Assembly: GCA_040754655.1 (NCBI GenBank)
Contig: JBFMCE010000113.1
Coordinates: forward strand, 1 to 10,230
Origin: Bdellovibrionota bacterium
GTDB lineage: Bacteria; Bdellovibrionota; UBA1018; UBA923
Length of the DNA: 10,230 nt
Reading direction: 5' to 3'
Under the pieces are notes generated by a model, which saw only the letters and a program-made list of their open reading frames with translations, did no database searches and had not been told where the DNA came from. Of the stretch, positions 7,127 through 10,230 are shown one piece after another; position 1 is the first letter of the stretch, and each line of letters opens with the position of its first letter. The position numbers and the translations under genes were made by a program.

Positions 7127-8611
7127 ATGGCTGAGAGCAAAGCGATTCTGATCGTCGATGATGAACCCAGCATGTGTGAAATGCTCGAGGTCGCGTTGAA
7201 GAAGTGGGGCTATAGGGTGAAGATCGCGCGCACTTTGCGTGAGGCGATGGCAGCCCTCGAGAGAGGCCGAATCGACGGCGTGTTGAGCGATATCAAGCTT
7301 CCTGACGGAACGGGAGTCGAGCTTCTCACCAGGCTCAAGACCCTGCCAGAGAAGCCTCCCGTCCTTTTGATGACGGCTTTCGGCAACACCGACGCCGCGG
7401 TGCAAGCGATGAAAATGGGCGCGTTTTATTACGTCACGAAACCTTTCAAATTAGAGGAATTAAGGCTTTTGCTTGAGCGTTCTTTAAGCGAAAAAGAACT
7501 CAAGGCAGAGAACCAGGCGCTCAAGAGCGAAGTTAAAAAAGAGTTTTCAATCGAAAGCCTCATTGGAAAATCAAAGCCGATGAAGCAGCTCGTTGAGCTG
7601 ATTGAAAGGGTATCCCAAACAAAGACGAACATCTTGATCACCGGTGAAAGCGGCACGGGCAAGGAGCTCGTCGCCAGGGCGATTCATTACGGAGGTCCGC
7701 TTAAGAACAAGCCGTTCGTCGCCGTGAATTGCGGGGCGATTCCCGAGAATCTCATTGAAAGCGAGCTTTTCGGGCACAAGCGCGGGTCGTTCACGGGAGC
7801 CGTTTCTGATAAAGACGGGCTCTTCCAGGTCGCGAACAGCGGTACAATTTTTTTAGACGAAGTCGGTGAGTTGCCGATGTCGATGCAGGTGAAGCTTTTG
7901 CGAGTCTTGCAAGACCGTTCGCTGCGCCCGGTGGGCGGAACGGACAATATCAAAGTCGATGTGAGGGTGATCAGCGCCACCAACCGCAACCTTGAAGAAG
8001 CGATACAAAAAGGCAGCTTTCGGGAAGATCTTTATTATCGTTTGAACGTGATCAATATACGCACCCCCGCCCTTCGCGATCGCAAGCAAGACATTCCTGA
8101 ATTGATGGAGCACTTCGTTCGGAAGTTCGGCTTGGGCATGGGAAAGCCAGTGAGCCAGGTTTCGCCGGAGGCCCTTGAAGCGCTGCTGAAATACGACTTC
8201 CCAGGCAACGTGCGTGAACTTGAGAATATGATGGAGCGCGCGATGGCGCTCGAAGGCAGCAGCGAGATCACGGTTGAAAGCCTACCGCCCACGATACAAC
8301 GCATGGCTCGCGAGCCTGTGATCGTTCCGGCCGCGCCGGCCGTGAAAAATCCTGTATCGCAGCACGAGGAATCTCAACCCGATAAGCCCTTGTTCGACAA
8401 GAGGGGCATCGCCCTTTCTCTCGAGAAGGGAAATGTGAACCTTGAGCAAATCGTGGGGGAGATCGAAAGAGAGTACATCCTGCGAGCGCTCGAAAAGACC
8501 GGCGGGGTGAAGAAAAAAGCGGCTGAACTTTTGGGAATCACTTTTCGCAGCATTCGGTATAGAATTACGAAGTACGGCATTCAAGATACGGAAGATGAAA
8601 CCGAAGAGTGA
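7127..8611 (+). CDS. pilR: Sigma-54-dependent response regulator PilR (REC-AAA+-Fis HTH)
   Basis: 494 aa with a REC domain (ILIVDDE, LSDIKLPD, TKPF), Walker A GESGTGKE, the GSFTGA loop, FLDEVGE, FREDLYYRLNV, PGNVRELEN and a C-terminal HTH (KKAAELLGITFRSIRYRI). It directly follows pilS. Confidence 0.92.
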   Translation: MAESKAILIVDDEPSMCEMLEVALKKWGYRVKIARTLREAMAALERGRIDGVLSDIKLPDGTGVELLTRLKTLPEKPPVLLMTAFGNTDAAVQAMKMGAFYYVTKPFKLEELRLLLERSLSEKELKAENQALKSEVKKEFSIESLIGKSKPMKQLVELIERVSQTKTNILITGESGTGKELVARAIHYGGPLKNKPFVAVNCGAIPENLIESELFGHKRGSFTGAVSDKDGLFQVANSGTIFLDEVGELPMSMQVKLLRVLQDRSLRPVGGTDNIKVDVRVISATNRNLEEAIQKGSFREDLYYRLNVINIRTPALRDRKQDIPELMEHFVRKFGLGMGKPVSQVSPEALEALLKYDFPGNVRELENMMERAMALEGSSEITVESLPPTIQRMAREPVIVPAAPAVKNPVSQHEESQPDKPLFDKRGIALSLEKGNVNLEQIVGEIEREYILRALEKTGGVKKKAAELLGITFRSIRYRITKYGIQDTEDETEE

Positions 8612-8623
8612 GGATCTTTTTTC

Positions 8624-9514
8624 ATGACAGCCTCGTTGAGCCGGGTGCGCGGTCACTTTGGAGTTCTTGGTGCGGTTGTTCTTTTGATTTTCTTCGCCAT
8701 CCTTCAAAAACAAGTTCGCGAATTAGGTTCGGGCGCGACGGCGCTTGTGCCTGAGCCGCCAAAGTTCATCGGCATTTCGATAGATCCCCGCATCGTACGG
8801 CGTTTTCTCGGAGTAAGGCTTCTGGTCGCTGACCTGATTTGGATCGATACGATGATCAAATCCGATATTCGCCATGAAGAAATGCCGTTTACGGCATTTT
8901 ACAGGGCGTTCAAGACGATCACGCAGCTTGATCCCGACAACCTCTTCGCGTATTACATCGCGGGCCTGTACCTTTCCGTCATCAAAGACGACGTCAAAGG
9001 GGCGAGCGCGATTTTGCGCGATGGCGTGATGAGGTTGGAGTCAGGCCCCTACGCTTGGTACGAGGCATGGAAAATCCCTTTCATACTAGGCTTCAACCTC
9101 CTCTATGAAGAACACGAGATAGAAGAGGGGTCGAAGTGGATCCAGTATGCGGCGAAAATGCCCAACGCTCCAGAATACGTTCGAAGCTTGAGCACGAAGG
9201 TCAGCACTGAACGTGGTCAGTTGGAAGTAGGTTCCAGGGTGCTGCTCGATTTTTACCGACGCATCAAGGACGAAGATCAGAAAAAGCAGATCGAGAAGAA
9301 GCTTGTTGAATTGACGGTGAAGCTTGAGATCGCCGATCTCAATGAAAAGTTCGAGCATTTCCTCGAATCGACCAAGGCCTACCAATTCCCCCGTGAAAGG
9401 GCATTCAGGCTCTTTCTGCAATCGATCTCCAAACGCCCCCGGGACATGCTGGGCCGGCCATTAGTTGTGAATAGATTAGGGCGGATTGAAGCGCTCAAAG
9501 AACCTAAAAAATGA
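8624..9514 (+). CDS. Membrane-anchored, TPR-like pilus accessory protein (resembles Myxococcus-type PilG / Geobacter Xap proteins)
   Basis: 296 aa with one N-terminal TM segment (FGVLGAVVLLIFFAIL). The motifs VADLIWI, LDPDNLFAYYIAGLYL and WKIPFILGFNLLY recall pilA-adjacent accessory proteins of deltaproteobacteria. It starts 12 nt after the pilR stop, with RBS GAGGA. The family call is from recall and synteny only. Confidence 0.7.
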   Translation: MTASLSRVRGHFGVLGAVVLLIFFAILQKQVRELGSGATALVPEPPKFIGISIDPRIVRRFLGVRLLVADLIWIDTMIKSDIRHEEMPFTAFYRAFKTITQLDPDNLFAYYIAGLYLSVIKDDVKGASAILRDGVMRLESGPYAWYEAWKIPFILGFNLLYEEHEIEEGSKWIQYAAKMPNAPEYVRSLSTKVSTERGQLEVGSRVLLDFYRRIKDEDQKKQIEKKLVELTVKLEIADLNEKFEHFLESTKAYQFPRERAFRLFLQSISKRPRDMLGRPLVVNRLGRIEALKEPKK

Positions 9515-9550
9515 AAAGGGCGCGCAACCCTTTTGGAAGGCCGCGCGCCC
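9506..9550 (-). terminator. Intrinsic terminator of pilA
   Basis: The - strand reads GGGCGCGC-GGCCTT-CCAAA-AGGGTT-GCGCGCCC followed by TTTTCATTTTTT. The outer 8-bp GC stem pairs 9543-9550 with 9518-9525, and the inner extension uses G:U pairs that work only on the - strand. It begins 28 nt past the pilA stop. Confidence 0.85.
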
Positions 9551-9578
9551 CGATCGATCTAAGTCAGCTTATGACTTC

Positions 9579-10169
9579 TTAGAGAGTACCGTCGACGGTG
9601 TTGTTCATGAGCTTGTCTTGCGTCATGGTCCACGTGTCGATCGCAGCAGCTCTGAGACGGCCAGCTGATACGGCGGTGAAGGTGTTGGCAGTCAACACGG
9701 CTCCGGCAGCGGCGTTCATGCTTGCGGCAGTTGGAGCTGCGCCGCCCGAAGACAAGGTGCCGATGTAGTAGCTGACGAAATCAGCAGGAGCGGTAGCCGC
9801 GACAGCGCAAGTACCTGCAGGCGCGTTTGGAACAGCTACGTTTGCCATACCGGTTCCGAAACCATGCCAGTAATAGGCGCGATAGGTAGCGGCAGTCGGA
9901 GCTGCAGCGTTGTACCCATCAGGCGTATAACCCGCTTGGCGGATGCATGAGGTGTACTGGCCGTAATCAGCCAAGAATGACTTCTCAGCAGTGTATATGC
10001 CAGCAAGACCGATGCGAGCCTCGGCTTGGCGTGCTTTCGCTTGATAACGTTGATAGTTTGGAACTGCCACGGCAGCCAAAATACCGATGATTGCCACGAC
10101 GATCATCAGCTCCACCAAGGTGAAGCCTGACTGACGGGTTTTTGATAGTCTCTTTTTCAAATAGGTCAT
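9579..10169 (-). CDS. pilA: Type IVa pilin, probably the major pilin PilA
   Basis: 196 aa with a basic 15-aa leader ending [25 protein letters not shown] (PilD site, E5, P22), then KARQAEA and two Cys. It has a strong RBS (AAAGGGAAAGGGGA), its own sigma-54 promoter and a terminator. Confidence 0.9.
   Translation of the reverse strand: MTYLKKRLSKTRQSGFTLVELMIVVAIIGILAAVAVPNYQRYQAKARQAEARIGLAGIYTAEKSFLADYGQYTSCIRQAGYTPDGYNAAAPTAATYRAYYWHGFGTGMANVAVPNAPAGTCAVAATAPADFVSYYIGTLSSGGAAPTAASMNAAAGAVLTANTFTAVSAGRLRAAAIDTWTMTQDKLMNNTVDGTL
9724..9905. repeat. Two-copy 17-bp direct repeat inside pilA encoding AAPTAA
   Basis: GCGGCAGTTGGAGCTGC at 9724-9740 and GCGGCAGTCGGAGCTGC at 9889-9905 (one mismatch), both in the same reading frame. 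Confidence 0.6.
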
Positions 10170-10201
10170 GTGAGATCCCCTTTCCCTTTGTATGTAATTA
10201 C

Positions 10202-10218
10202 TGCAATACGAAAGCCAA
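10202..10218 (-). promoter_or_regulatory. Sigma-54 (-24/-12) promoter of pilA
   Basis: The - strand reads TTGGCTTTCGTATTGCA: GG (10216-10215), exactly 10 nt, then GC (10204-10203). It ends 32 nt upstream of the pilA ATG, consistent with PilR/RpoN control. Confidence 0.85.
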
Positions 10219-10230
10219 CTATAAATACTT

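Noticed and set aside
7784..7801. GSFTGA instead of GAFTGA in PilR
   Set aside because: This is a common functional variant in sigma-54 activators, including PilR proteins, and is not evidence of sigma-54 independence.
1684..9668. Numerous antisense or alternate-frame ORFs inside the pil genes, including the 200-aa ORF at 3638-4240 and the 143-aa ORF at 8282-8713
   Set aside because: They lie within or across well-conserved genes and show no protein motifs. Such open shadow frames are expected from codon bias.
9579..10124. Pilin aromatic pattern (F1, Y24, Y27, F50, Y57; about 10% aromatic) resembling proposed conductive e-pilins
   Set aside because: These positions are widely conserved in deltaproteobacterial-type pilins, the head has aromatic-free gaps of 26-28 aa, no cytochromes are in view, and the e-pilus criteria are themselves disputed.
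1..10230. Frequent GATC/CGATCG/TCGA words suggesting a HIP1-like repeat, and a search for CRISPR arrays, tRNAs, riboswitches or IS ends
   Set aside because: The words fit ATC/GAT/GAG codon usage and enrichment cannot be shown without a computed background. No regularly spaced repeats, cloverleaf, recognisable riboswitch or transposase was seen.

Overview
Most of the window is an intact deltaproteobacterial-style type IVa pilus locus of the kind seen in Bdellovibrionota, Myxococcota and Geobacter. The + strand carries pilB-pilT-pilC-pilS-pilR and a PilG/Xap-like membrane-anchored accessory gene. A convergent pilA-like pilin on the - strand has its own sigma-54 promoter and intrinsic terminator. 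The supplied ORF track misses a real gene: a - strand frame starting at ATG 1316 stays open off the left edge (at least 438 codons). It encodes a signal peptide, a clan CD (legumain/caspase-fold) His-Gly...Cys catalytic pattern and a helical C-terminal region, and it is transcribed divergently from pilB, apparently from a near-leaderless sigma-70 promoter. Other points of note are a degenerate c-di-GMP (MshEN) motif in PilB, an 8-bp perfect inverted repeat in the pilB leader, a G8 tract in pilT and the inverted position of pilA. No RNA genes, CRISPR arrays or mobile elements were seen. All family calls come from motif recognition by eye, not database searches.
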